A stretch of 64,000 nucleotides of DNA, taken from Eledone cirrhosa. Its lineage: Eukaryota. The translations under genes and the position numbers were made by a program. This document shows, in pieces, positions 43,536 to 54,711 of this stretch. The DNA lies in contig OZ024741.1 of assembly GCA_964016885.1 (NCBI GenBank), positions 105,090,001 to 105,154,000 on the forward strand, written 5' to 3'. The notes beneath the pieces are model-generated. The model made no database searches and had not been told where the DNA came from. It saw only the letters and a program-made list of their open reading frames with translations. Position 1 is the first letter of the stretch. Each line of letters opens with the position of its first letter.

Positions 43536-45860
43536 ATGGCGATTTTAAGAGTAGGTTGGATAAATGTTCGTGGCCTAGGGTCGTCATAGCAGCAAGGTCG
43601 CTTGTTCAACGACCTCAGGTAACTAGCGATGGATGTGACCGCCGTCAGCGAGGCCAGAATTTCCAACACGCGCGCTCTAGGCCCGTTTTTGACGACTTTG
43701 AGATCTTCGCATCTCTTAGTCGGCTTGAAATGGAAGGTGGGGTGGCAGTATTGTTTAAGAAAGGTCTGGATCTCGAGGTACGGACGATCTTCCTGGACCC
43801 AGAACAGTAGGTTGGTGGTTTTAGATGTGAGCAATGGCGAAAGTAGTGCCTTTAGACTGATAGCCGTCTACGCCCCGACTGGGGGAGGACCGGAATTCTT
43901 CAGACGTCCAGAAGCCTTTCGAGGAACGTCTCACCCTTTAATGTTAGCGAGAGACTGGAACCGCATCTTGGGCGCACGTTGGGGCTGTGTGGGAGTAGCT
44001 GATAGAGCGGGGTGGGGGCAGAGACTCAAGAACCTGATCACGCAGTTCCAACTGTCTGACAGATACTGACTGGGTTTCCCAAATTCTCCAGTGTAGATCT
44101 GGACCAATCGCATAGGGTACGAGGTACAAATAACTCGGTTTTGATGGCTTGCCCTACGAGTTTTACGTAGACATGCTGACATGTCTACGTAAAACTCGTA
44201 GGGCAAGTTTTCCGATGTCCTCGAAGCTGTCTACTGCAAGTGTCAGCAGAACGAGAGAATTCCCAGTTCTGTGAGTCGGTGTGTAGTAATGCTGATGAGG
44301 AAATACGAGAACCAGGATGTCATTGATAATTTCCGGCGCACAACTACGCTCAACACAAAGTTTAAGATTTTGGAAAAGGTGCTAGCAACAAGGCTAGCGC
44401 TTGTCGTTGGGGGAAGCGCAAACGTGCGCAACCACGACCAGATCTATGCACAATAATCTCTATATCGCGCGATACATCATAGGGAGGATATGGAGTACAC
44501 CTGCTTTAGATGGAGCTCTGATCAATTTAAATCAATCGAAAGCTTTCGAACATAAATATATGTTACGGTCCCGTCTTAAGAGGTTGGACCACTGTAATGC
44601 ACAGCGGCATCTGCTCGAGAGTCAGAGTAAATAGCCACCTATCTGAACCGTTTCATGTCACGCATTCGGTTCGTCAAGGGTGTCCTCGCTCCTCCCTTCT
44701 GTAAGCCATTACTACCGAAGCTGGAGTTGTTGTAGGGCATTCAGCTCGAACCCTGATAAATCGGTGGGTTTAAAGCTCAGCACCTGGAGAGGCAAATCCA
44801 TGCAGTTAAATAGCGTCTTCGGGCGCTGGACGGACGGACCGATGAAGTTGCTCAACGTCTGGTTCAGCCGGATCTCCAAGTGGATGGGAACTGGATCGAT
44901 GCAATGTGCAGAGTGACCACTTTCACCCAGAAATAGGACGAGGTGAAGCTTTTCCCTGACAGGCAGGGTAGAGGTAGTGAACGTGTACATTGTGCCCATC
45001 ATCTATACTACCTGAACGTCGTACCTTGCCCCAATCTGCGCCTCACTAGATTGAAGCACCTGCTCTTTCACTTCTTGTGGAAGGGATAGGTTCCACTTGT
45101 CAGGTGGTTCATCTTCTCCCAACATCCTTTGTGTGGAGGACTGGGCATAATATGACTGATGATGCACATACATGTTTAAGCTACGGCATTTGAAGATATT
45201 TTGGAACGGTCATCGTTTATGAGGAACGTCGTTCTACAACTCGTCTCTTTGACTGAGCCTCCGTTATGGGTCAAGCAAAGACCGACAGTAGGCGCCTGGC
45301 ATCGTGCATCTGTCAGTCGCTCGCAGCCCTCTACTAATCTTGCAATGCAGTCGGTGAAATTGCGTTCTATAAAGGACTACTGGCGGGCAAGTGCGACGAC
45401 GTTCTCGGGAGATTCTTGTTTGTTTTGGAAGACTTACAGATCGGAGCCCATGAAAAATTTCGAGAAACTCTTGGCCTGGTAGTGCTGTCAGACGGAGGAA
45501 ATCGTTCTTCACGCACTCTTCTAGTGTTCAGGCATTACTGAACTGTGGAGTTTTGTCGAACAGCTACTGTCGTGTATAATCTTATTTTGGCCGCGGAGGG
45601 CTGGCACTTTTCCTCCGTGGCTGTAGCGAAAGAAGTTGTGTGGTGGACGCAACTGAAAGGACTGAAGACAGACACTTTGCACTGCAACCAGACCCTCTTG
45701 GAAAGGAAGGTGCATGCCTACCAGTACGTTTGTTAAAAGTTGGGAGAATGTAGTGAGGATGGTCCGAGTAAATGAGCTCACTCTGAACATGTACCTGTAG
45801 TCTGGAGAGTTGCACACCTTCTTAGGGTGTTCTTGGCGATTGGGGTGGTTTCATTTTTTT
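43536..45860 (+). mobile_element. Heavily decayed, multiply deleted Tx1-type LINE ORF2
   Basis: Collinear with 28192-31700: RLVVLDV, FRLIAVYAP, QFQLSDRY, ALINLNQSKAF, NPDKSVGL, AKEVVWWTQLKGL. Confidence 0.85.
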
Positions 45861-46049
45861 GGCCGATTTAACACCAAACTCGTTAATTAACGTCTATATA
45901 GCTGAGTATTCCAGGGGCACATGTACCCGCAATGTAATTCGTGAATTAGAATCAATAAACACAATATATAACAAAGTTAGACCTTTGAATTACTGGTACG
46001 ACATGCTTTCAGAGTTTTCGTCAGCCCAGTTTTGCTCACTGGGTTTAGA

Positions 46050-46150
46050 TTTACCTGAAGCTATGGTAAAGATACTTGCACAAGTTGCCACACAGTGGAA
46101 TCGAACCCGGGATCTTAAGATTGTGAACCTCTTCAGCACACAACCATAAC
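46050..46150 (-). mobile_element. SINE fragment (family B)
   Basis: gaagctatggtaaagatacttgcacaagttgccacacagtggaatcgaacccggg; box B gttcgattcc on minus. Confidence 0.6.
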
Positions 46151-47112
46151 TGTGTACATAAAATATTTAAAGGTCATAAGATGAACATTGTTTTCTTTCT
46201 TTCTTCACTCACATATATCACTCCTCCACCCACCTCTGTTTCTCTCTCTCGCTCTCTTTCACTCTCTCTCTTTCTCTCTTTCTCTCTTCCTCTTTCACTT
46301 TTTCTCTCTCCTTCTCACTCTTCAACTTTTTCTCTATTACTTTTTCTCTCACCGTGTGTATTTTTTATCATTCTTTGAGCTGTAACTTTCTATTAAATGA
46401 TGTTGCTGCTGCTGCTGTTCTCGGTGCTGTTGTTGTTGTTGCTGCTGCTGTTGTTGTATCTCTAGTATATATTTCCGATACAGTTATTACTGCCCATATA
46501 TCGATTTTCTTCTCCTACCAGACACAGATGCTCACTTCAAAATCTAGTACCCACAATCAATCTGTGTAGAGATTAAAGTTCATATTTAAATTTATAATGA
46601 TTAAAGAGATTTCTTTTCCAATATTAATCTTTTCGAAAATAATATTATTATATATCAAGTTATAAGAAGTTTCGTACGGGGTTTTCCCCTTATGAAAGAT
46701 TATGTGCGAGAAGAAAAAAATTCTTCTTAATTTCCGTTCCGTGCTGTACTGCACATCAGTAACTGATTGGTGCATTATATATCGATACAAGTCCTTGATT
46801 GGTACTTTAATTATCGACCCCAAAGATTATATAAATCATCTGCGTATTTCCTTGTTTCTTGAAATGAAATTCCTAGAGTTCTTTTACTTGGATTTTTTCA
46901 AAATATTCTAGTCTAATCTTAAGAGTTTGTTTCACAATCACGTTTCAGGTTCAATCTCACTAAATGGTACCGCTGGCAGGGTATTTCTACTTGACTGATT
47001 GACTAATGTCTTGTCCGTGAAATTTTGTTAACAAAAACTTTGCCATGTATATATATATATATATGTATACTGTATATATATATATATATATATATACATA
47101 TATATATACATA

Positions 47113-47180
<68 letters not shown>

Positions 47181-47184
<4 letters not shown>

Positions 47185-48869
47185 CGAAGCCAGAGGAGTT
47201 ATTTGATGCCACAACACTACATCAAGAAATGGCAACCATCAACCACATAGACATAACGGAGGAGGATGTGGTGTACGCCATTGATGAAATTAGAACAGAC
47301 TCGGCTGCTGGATCTGATGGATTCCCAGCAGTTCTCTTAAAAATATGTAAGCGGGCCTTAGCAACTCCACTAAAGATGCTCTTAAGAAGCTCCTTGGCTA
47401 GCGGTGTACTACCCAGGGAGCTGAAAGAAGGCACAATATGCCCTATCCATAAAGGAGGTAGTAGAGCGGAGGCCAAGAACTATAGGCCAGTCTCCCTGAC
47501 GTCGCATATCAGTAAGGTCATGGAGCGAGCCGTCAGAAAGAAACTAATCACTTTCCTCGAAGAAAATGACCGCCTGACTAGCACGCAACATGGCTTCCGC
47601 CCAGTAAGAAGCTGCCTTACACAGCTGCTACATCACTACGACTGGGTACTGAGACAACTACTAGACAGCTCACATGTGGACGTGATATATCTTGACTTTG
47701 CGAAGGCCTTTGACAAGGTCGACCACGGAATGATATGTCACAAACTACACGGACTCGGCATAACTGGAAAAGTAGGTGAGTGGCTGCATGGCTTCCTAAG
47801 GGACAGAAGCCAGGCAGTCGCAGCAAATGGGGCCCTCTCGAGGGAAACACCGATAACAAGTGGGGTGCCCCAGAGGACAGTCCTGGGACCACTACTGTTT
47901 TTGGTGGCTCTCTGGGACATGCCCTCTGTGGTGCATGCAACAACATCCCTCACTAGCTATGCTGATGACACTAAGGTAGCACAGGCAATCAAAAACCCGG
48001 CTGACGCTGCCCTTTTACAGCAGGATCTGGATGCCATATACAGATGGGCAGAAGAAAACAACATGCAGTTTAATGCTGGCAAATTCCAAGCCCTACAATA
48101 CAAACCTGCAAACACAAATATAGTGGAACACAGCTACACAGGACCAGGAGGGACCGATATCCCCGTGTCAAAATCGATACGAGACCTGGGCATAGACATG
48201 ATCGATGATGCATCTTTTTCTTCACACATCATGAAAGTGGCGACAACGTGCAGACGGCTCGCTGGCTGGATCTTGAGGACTTTCCGGACAAGAGATCGAG
48301 ACACCATGTTGACAGTGTGGAGGACGTTTGTCCTAAGCCGCCTGGACTACTGCTCCCAGTTGTGGTCACCCCATAGTGTCAAATTAACCACGGAGCTTGA
48401 GGCAATCCAGCGAAGCTACACCAAGAGGATTGCCACGATGAAGGAGACAAGCTACTGGGAGAGGCTAAAGGAACTGAACCTCTACTCCTTGGAACGAAGA
48501 CGGGAGAGATACGCAGTGATCTACATGTGGAAAATCCTGGAGGGACTAGCACCAAACTTTGGCATTGGGAGCTGGACCAACCGTCGAACAGGACATCACT
48601 GTGTGGTGCCAAAGGTCCCGTCTTCCACATCTAGAATAAGGAGCAGGTATTGCAATAGCCTGGGATTCAAGGGCCCTCAACTCTTCAACAGGCTGCCGAG
48701 GCATCTGAGAGACTTGCATGATGTGGAGGTGGATGTCTTTAAGAAACATCTCGACACCTTGTTATCCAGGATCCCGGATGAGCCCACAGCAAGACACGAG
48801 GGAAACCTAAGGGCAGCAGCAACAAACTCCCTCTTACACCAGTGGCCAACCTATACAAGCTGGAGATAA
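47181..48869 (+). CDS. Non-LTR reverse transcriptase (N-terminally truncated; upstream YI repeat part of the listed ORF is microsatellite)
   Basis: [38 protein letters not shown] (G>R relative to consensus), YADDTK, LERRRER. Confidence 0.85.
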
Positions 48870-48943
48870 AATGTGTAGCAACAAGGGCGGTGCCCCAGCA
48901 TGGCCTCAGCCGGATGGCTGAAACAGGTAAAAGAGTAAAAGAG

Positions 48944-48946
<3 letters not shown>
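47181..48946 (+). mobile_element. 5'-truncated CR1/L2-group LINE inserted in (TA)n
   Basis: Uninterrupted RT ORF, short 3' UTR ending in gtaaaaga repeats. (TA)n on both sides. Confidence 0.9.
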
Positions 48947-49004
<58 letters not shown>

Positions 49005-49022
49005 TAGATATATATATACACA

Positions 49023-49190
<168 letters not shown>

Positions 49191-49208
49191 ATATACATAT
49201 ATATATAT

Positions 49209-49400
49209 ATAGGAACCAGTAAGACCCCGACAGCTGAGCTCAAGCCGTTTCGACGGCTAATTCTGCAGAATTAGCCGTCGAAACGGCTTGAGCTCAGCTG
49301 TCGGGGTCTTACTGGTTCCTATTACCCACTCTACTACCTCAAGTATTGAGTACTTTGGTGCGTTATGGTCCACCTGGTTCCTTACCACATTTCCTCCGTT
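49209..49400 (+). mobile_element. Perfect 114-bp palindrome (49209-49322) plus unique tail; pLTR-like mini-element
   Basis: Zero-spacer palindrome centred on ctgcag. Contains the 3' half of an HHR (GAAA cggct tgagctc agctg TC gggg). (TA)n flanks. Confidence 0.7.
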
Positions 49401-49459
49401 ATATATATATATATATATAAACATATATACATATATATACATATGTATATATATGTGTA

Positions 49460-49560
<101 letters not shown>

Positions 49561-49562
49561 AT

Positions 49563-49748
49563 ATCTATCGAAGGCGGGTAAAATTCCCGAGATCCATGGA
49601 CGAGTTCTCTCCAGCGGTCTCTGTCCCTTATTATCGCTGCCATGTCCTGCGTCTCCAATATCCAGAGTTGACATTGCACTCAGTGCTCCTGTGGGAGCCC
49701 CTACATGGACACACTAGAAGAGGAAGACCAAGGTTAACGTTTGTTGAT
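49563..49748 (-). mobile_element. RTE 3'-end fragment with internal inversion
   Basis: Minus 49563-49658 encodes [20 protein letters not shown]. Plus 49659-49748 encodes [30 protein letters not shown]. Confidence 0.65.
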
Positions 49749-49763
49749 ATATGTATATATCTA

Positions 49764-49862
<99 letters not shown>

Positions 49863-49865
49863 CTA

Positions 49866-49980
49866 TATATATATTTATTAAAATAACAGATTAATATGTG
49901 CTCTACGGTTCTTATATATTTGATATATATTTATCATTATCGAGCCCTCTTTGGATTTTAGTCTTCAAATTTATTATTAT

Positions 49981-50030
<50 letters not shown>

Positions 50031-50142
50031 TTATTAAAATAACAGATTAATATGTGCTCTACGGTTCTTATATATTTGATATATATTTATCCTTATCGAG
50101 CCCTCTTTGGATTTTAGTCTTCAAATTTATTATTATTACTAT
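49866..50142. repeat. Two tandem copies of a ~115-bp pLTR-tail fragment separated by (TA)n
   Basis: ttattaaaataacagattaatatgtgctctacggtt...cgagccctctttgg...ttattattactata twice. Related to 27020-27145 and 50945-51170. Confidence 0.85.
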
Positions 50143-50292
50143 ATATATATATATATATACATGGAAAGTTATATTTAAATTGTTGGGTTAACAACGAGTA
50201 AATATTTATAACTGATATAAAAGCACTCAACAAGTATTTGGAGTATATTTATGATATTAAATAAATGGAAACTATATTTATAAAACCATATT

Positions 50293-50358
50293 TATTTCGT
50301 TATATATATTTCAGGGATATCATATTAACAATATGTTATGCCTTCTTCAGACAAAATA
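50293..50358 (-). ncRNA. Minimal type I hammerhead ribozyme
   Basis: tattttgt CTGAAGA aggcataacatatt gtt aatatgatatccct GAAA tatata TA acgaaata. Confidence 0.8.
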
Positions 50359-50528
50359 CAATATAAACAGTCTTATAAATAAATAGATACGACATACCTT
50401 TCAATCACCTTGCATTTGGGAGGTTGATTTGGCAGTAAAAAATATTTTTTACTGCCAAATCAACCTCCCAAATGCAAGGTGATTGAAAGGTATGTCGTAT
50501 CTATTTATTTATAAGACTGTTTATATTG

Positions 50529-50594
50529 TATTTTGTCTGAAGAAGGCATAACATATTGTTAATATGATATCCCTGAAATATATATAACGAAATA
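50529..50594 (+). ncRNA. Minimal type I hammerhead ribozyme (mirror copy)
   Basis: Exact reverse complement of 50293-50358. Confidence 0.8.
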
Positions 50595-50631
50595 AATATG
50601 GTTTTATAAATATAGTTTCCATTTATTTAAT

Positions 50632-50718
<87 letters not shown>

Positions 50719-51058
50719 GCGATGAATTAGTTTTGCGAGGTTTTTTATATGAAATCGTGTGTCGAAACAAATATTGTTATACTTGGGGTCAGTCAATGGC
50801 AACATTGAGGACCGAGTAAGTTAGATTACCGATATAAAAGACACAGAAGCGAGAAGCGAAAACCAACCAAACAGTGAGTGTGTTCTGTTATTAATTCTGG
50901 CAATATTACACAAATATGACCCTCCCCAAGTATAACAATATATATATAGTAATAATAATAAATGTGAAGACTAAAATTCAAAGAGGGCTCGATAAGGATA
51001 AATATATATCAAATATATAAAAACCCTAGAGCAAATATTTATTAAAATAACAGATTAA

Positions 51059-51109
51059 AGTTTAAGCAAAGAATCGCTGCTTTCACCCTTAACGGGATCT
51101 TCTGAAACT
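51059..51109 (-). ncRNA. Hammerhead-like motif with variant core CAGAAGA, in pLTR-like element 50945-51170
   Basis: agttt CAGAAGA t ccc gttaa ggg t GAAA gca gcgattctt tgc TT aaact; all three stems pair. Confidence 0.6.
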
Positions 51110-51201
51110 AAAAAAAAATCAATCTGTGAACGCAGAAGTTGATATTTCGGAAAACGTTGCACCCGAAAGAACATATACATATATACATATATACATATAT
51201 A

Positions 51202-52036
51202 CAGGGTGCGGACGAAATTTGTTCGCAAGATTACTGTCTAGGAAAAAGTAACACAGTAGTTTTATTTTCTAAGATATATTTATCAAACTTGGGTCAGTTT
51301 GTCTTCATGACTTGTTCTTTCGATCTCACTCGATAAACCCGCCATCTTGTATGAAACGTAGCGAATGTCTTCATGTACCACCAGCCTAATGAGCTTTTCT
51401 TCCACGCCTTTCTCCCTTGCAATAGCACGCATCGACTTGCTAGGTTCATTGTTGATGATATCCTGAACTTCAGCGACGCACTCGGGTGTTCTGAAGGCGT
51501 CAAATCGTCGATCATGTGTTTTCCTCTCTGATGTTGCTTCGTAGTCGAATCCTGAATCTTCCAATTCCTTTCTGACCTTTTCCACCATTCTCCTGCTGAC
51601 GCTGAGAAAGTCTGAAATTTCCTTATTTGACCTCCCGGCGCGGATTCCAAGAAGAACTCCGTGTCTCTTCCACAAATTTGGAGGTTCAAAATTATTCATA
51701 ATCAATTATTCTGAAAATAAATAATTGTTTCTACTTTTGGCACAAGGCCAGCAATTATCCAGTATATTACTGGTACTTTATTTTATCGACCCCGTAAGGA
51801 TGAAAGGCAAAGTTAACCTCGGCGGGATTTGAACTCAGAATGGCAAGGGCCGTACCTCGATGCGTCAAAGCATGGCGTCCGACCCTCTACCGATACATCC
51901 AATCCACCGCCCTTCTGAAAATAAATAATAGAAATATAGTCACTGTTTTTATGAAGACAAGAGTGACAACGGAAGTAAAAAAAAATTGCATAAAATTAGC
52001 AGTTGAAAATTGCGAACAAATATCATCCACACCCTG
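51202..52036 (-). mobile_element. Deleted Tc1/mariner-superfamily transposon
   Basis: TA target duplication, imperfect TIRs cagggtgcggacgaaatttgttcgcaa / ttgcgaacaaatatcatccacaccctg. ORF 51283-51705 encodes only the N-terminal HTH region (SNKEISDFLSVSRRMV; KSMRAIARE). Confidence 0.85.
51718..51914 (-). mobile_element. tRNA-derived SINE (family A) nested in the transposon
   Basis: Family core with box B gagttcaaatccc. Confidence 0.85.
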
Positions 52037-52269
52037 TAAATATACATATACGTACATACGTACACGCATACATACAAATACATAAACACCCACATATAAA
52101 TATCTATATAAAAATCCACACACGCAAGTCGGGAATCATTTATACCATAAACGTGGTTTTGTCTTTGCGCGTAATTGTTCTCTTCGCTCCACATAATGAC
52201 GTATTATTTTCGCTTTTTTCCGTTCATTGCCAAGGAACGTCTTCACGAACCAAAGTATCGTCTTCCTTT

Positions 52270-52392
52270 TCCTTCGGTTGCAACGTTTTTCGAAATATTA
52301 GCTTCTGCGTTCACAGATTGATTTTTTTAGTTTCAGATCCCGTTAAGAGTGAAAGCAGCGATTCTTTGCTTAAACTTTAATCTGTTATTTAA

Positions 52393-52397
<5 letters not shown>
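52270..52397 (+). repeat. pLTR-like fragment, inverted relative to 51040-51170, HHR core deleted
   Basis: agtttcagatcccgttaagagtGAAAgcagcgattctttgcTTaaact lacks 3 nt of the core. Confidence 0.75.
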
Positions 52398-52481
<84 letters not shown>

Positions 52482-52859
52482 AAATGGGTAACTCTTTACA
52501 ATACCTACACTCTTCTTTCATAAATATATGTATGTATATGTATCTATATACACACGTACACATATATGTGTTTATTTATATATAATTTAATTTACAGTGG
52601 CTACCCCCTTTGTTTACTCGGGATCTACATATGTATATATGTATATATATATAAATATATATATATATATAGGATAACAAGGTATCGTTTAAGGTAATCC
52701 AGCTAGAGGTTATGAGTACTTTGTGTTGAGGATAATTTTAACGTACGGCGTTAGTCGGGTGGCCGGTTTAAGAAAGTTCTTAGGCAGGTGGTTCTTGGAG
52801 TAATAATAGCAAAAGAATGAAGAACAACATGGTCGGCTGTACAATAGTGTTTATTTACA

Positions 52860-52968
52860 GTATTAACAATTGTTTCTTTAGTCAGGTGAGTCTAAAAGTC
52901 GCTGATCGTTAGCAGCAACGTAACTCGACCTTAATTACAGTCGATACCTGACCAAATCATCAGAATAC
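52860..52968 (-). ncRNA. Hammerhead ribozyme with extended stem II, in pLTR-like element 52672-52970
   Basis: gtatt CTGATGA tttggtcaggt ...~58 nt... acctgactaaa GAAA caattg TT aatac. Confidence 0.8.
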
Positions 52969-53293
52969 GAAAGAAAACTACGGACAAAAAACAGAGAACG
53001 AAAGAAAACTACGGACAAAAATATGAACGTTCCTCCCTAAATATGTATGTAAAAATTAAAATTTTTTTTCTCCATTTTATTATTATTCGTATAAATATGC
53101 AATTTAACCGCACTACACACGCCCGTTCATTAAAAAGCATATAAAGCTGAAACCGGTACACAATTAAATGCAGAAATCCCTACTTTGTAAATAAATTTAT
53201 TGATGTTATACTGAAAAAAATCCCTCTAGCATTTTCTACTGTATTTTTTTCCTTTTTACTATTTGTTTATATATATATATATATATATATACA

Positions 53294-53342
<49 letters not shown>

Positions 53343-53426
53343 GTGTTTTTTCCTTATATATGTGTATATGTGTGTGTGTATATATATATGTATGTATGTG
53401 TGTGTATGTATATGTATATATTTGTT

Positions 53427-53481
<55 letters not shown>

Positions 53482-53614
53482 ATATATATATATATATCTA
53501 TGTGTATATATGTGTATATGTATACACATGTATATTTGTGTGTATGTATGTATGTGTGTGAGTGTATTTATATGTGTATATATGAGTGTGTGTGTGTGTA
53601 TATATATATATGTA

Positions 53615-53669
<55 letters not shown>

Positions 53670-54241
53670 ATATATGTGTGTATATAGATATATTTATATA
53701 TGTGTGTGTGTTTTTATATGTGTATATGTGTATGTGTATGTGTGTTTATGGTTGCGCGCGAGTGTGTGAGTGAGTGTGTTTTTTTTGTGAATGTGTCTGT
53801 TGATTGTTGGCATATAGTTGACTAGTTTAAGAGAAGTTCGAAGATAATTGTAAGATATGCACTCAGTATTTTGAATCTGTCTACAGAATTCTCTAAACCT
53901 TTGTCACTTAGTAGAACCTTAATGAATTTAGCTTTTAAAGAATCTTCCTTTCTTTTAATTCTATCTACCATGACTGACCCCCCACTGATCTTATAGACAT
54001 CTGTTAGCTTAAGAGAAACTTAATGACAAGGAATGGTATGCCATCCGTAACCTGTTTATAGAATTCTGTCTGCCTTTGTTACTCTAAAAACAAAAATTAA
54101 TAAAAATAAACTATAGCTTTGTAGAATTAACTTTTAATGAATTCCCTTTTCTATCAACCAATGACCTACACCCATCCCACTCCCCACCCTCTCCTACCAC
54201 TTGTAGAGACCTATAAATACCATATTTATTTTTTGATACCC

Positions 54242-54292
54242 AGATTCCTGATGATTTCTAAAGAATGAAACAGTTCTAGTCCTGTAGAATCT
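54242..54292 (+). ncRNA. Type I hammerhead ribozyme with closed stem III
   Basis: agattc CTGATGA t ttc taaa gaa t GAAA cag ttctagtc ctg TA gaatct. Confidence 0.85.
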
Positions 54293-54440
54293 CATCTATA
54301 TTAAAACTATATATATAACTCTCCAACATGGCCGACTGAATACGCACGTGTGTTTTTTCTCCCCCATTGTTTTCCTCATTTTCCCCCCGTTCCTTCCTAT
54401 AACTCTTTACTTTCTATTTATTTTCAATTTTTAACTCTAT

Positions 54441-54474
54441 CTTCTGATGAAGGACTAGTGTCCAAAACGTTAAA
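54441..54474 (+). ncRNA. Degenerate hammerhead (family of 26469-26504)
   Basis: ctt CTGATGA a ggac tagt gtcc AAAA cgtt aaa; G12 mutated. Confidence 0.5.
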
Positions 54475-54577
54475 ACTCTCTTCTTGCTATTTCAAGCGTT
54501 AAACTAATATATTTCTTCCATCTACTACTGTGCCGTTTGTTTTGTTATTTCTGTTTACCTTTTACACACACACACAC

Positions 54578-54668
<91 letters not shown>

Positions 54669-54673
54669 CACAC

Positions 54674-54711
<38 letters not shown>

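Larger units (their letters stand above)
50165..50637. mobile_element. Fold-back mini-element: perfect 388-bp palindrome (50250-50637) plus single-copy tail
   Basis: Zero-spacer palindrome centred at 50443/50444. Each arm carries a hammerhead. (TA)n flanks. Confidence 0.85.

Noticed and set aside
47025-47180. N-terminus of the 614-aa ORF
   Set aside because: Read-through of the (TA)n flank, not part of the LINE.
50715-50945. Hammerhead at GAAAcaaatattgTT with 20-bp inverted repeat (50771/50924)
   Set aside because: No intact CUGANGA or stem I. Probably another pLTR scrap, but not supportable as a ribozyme.
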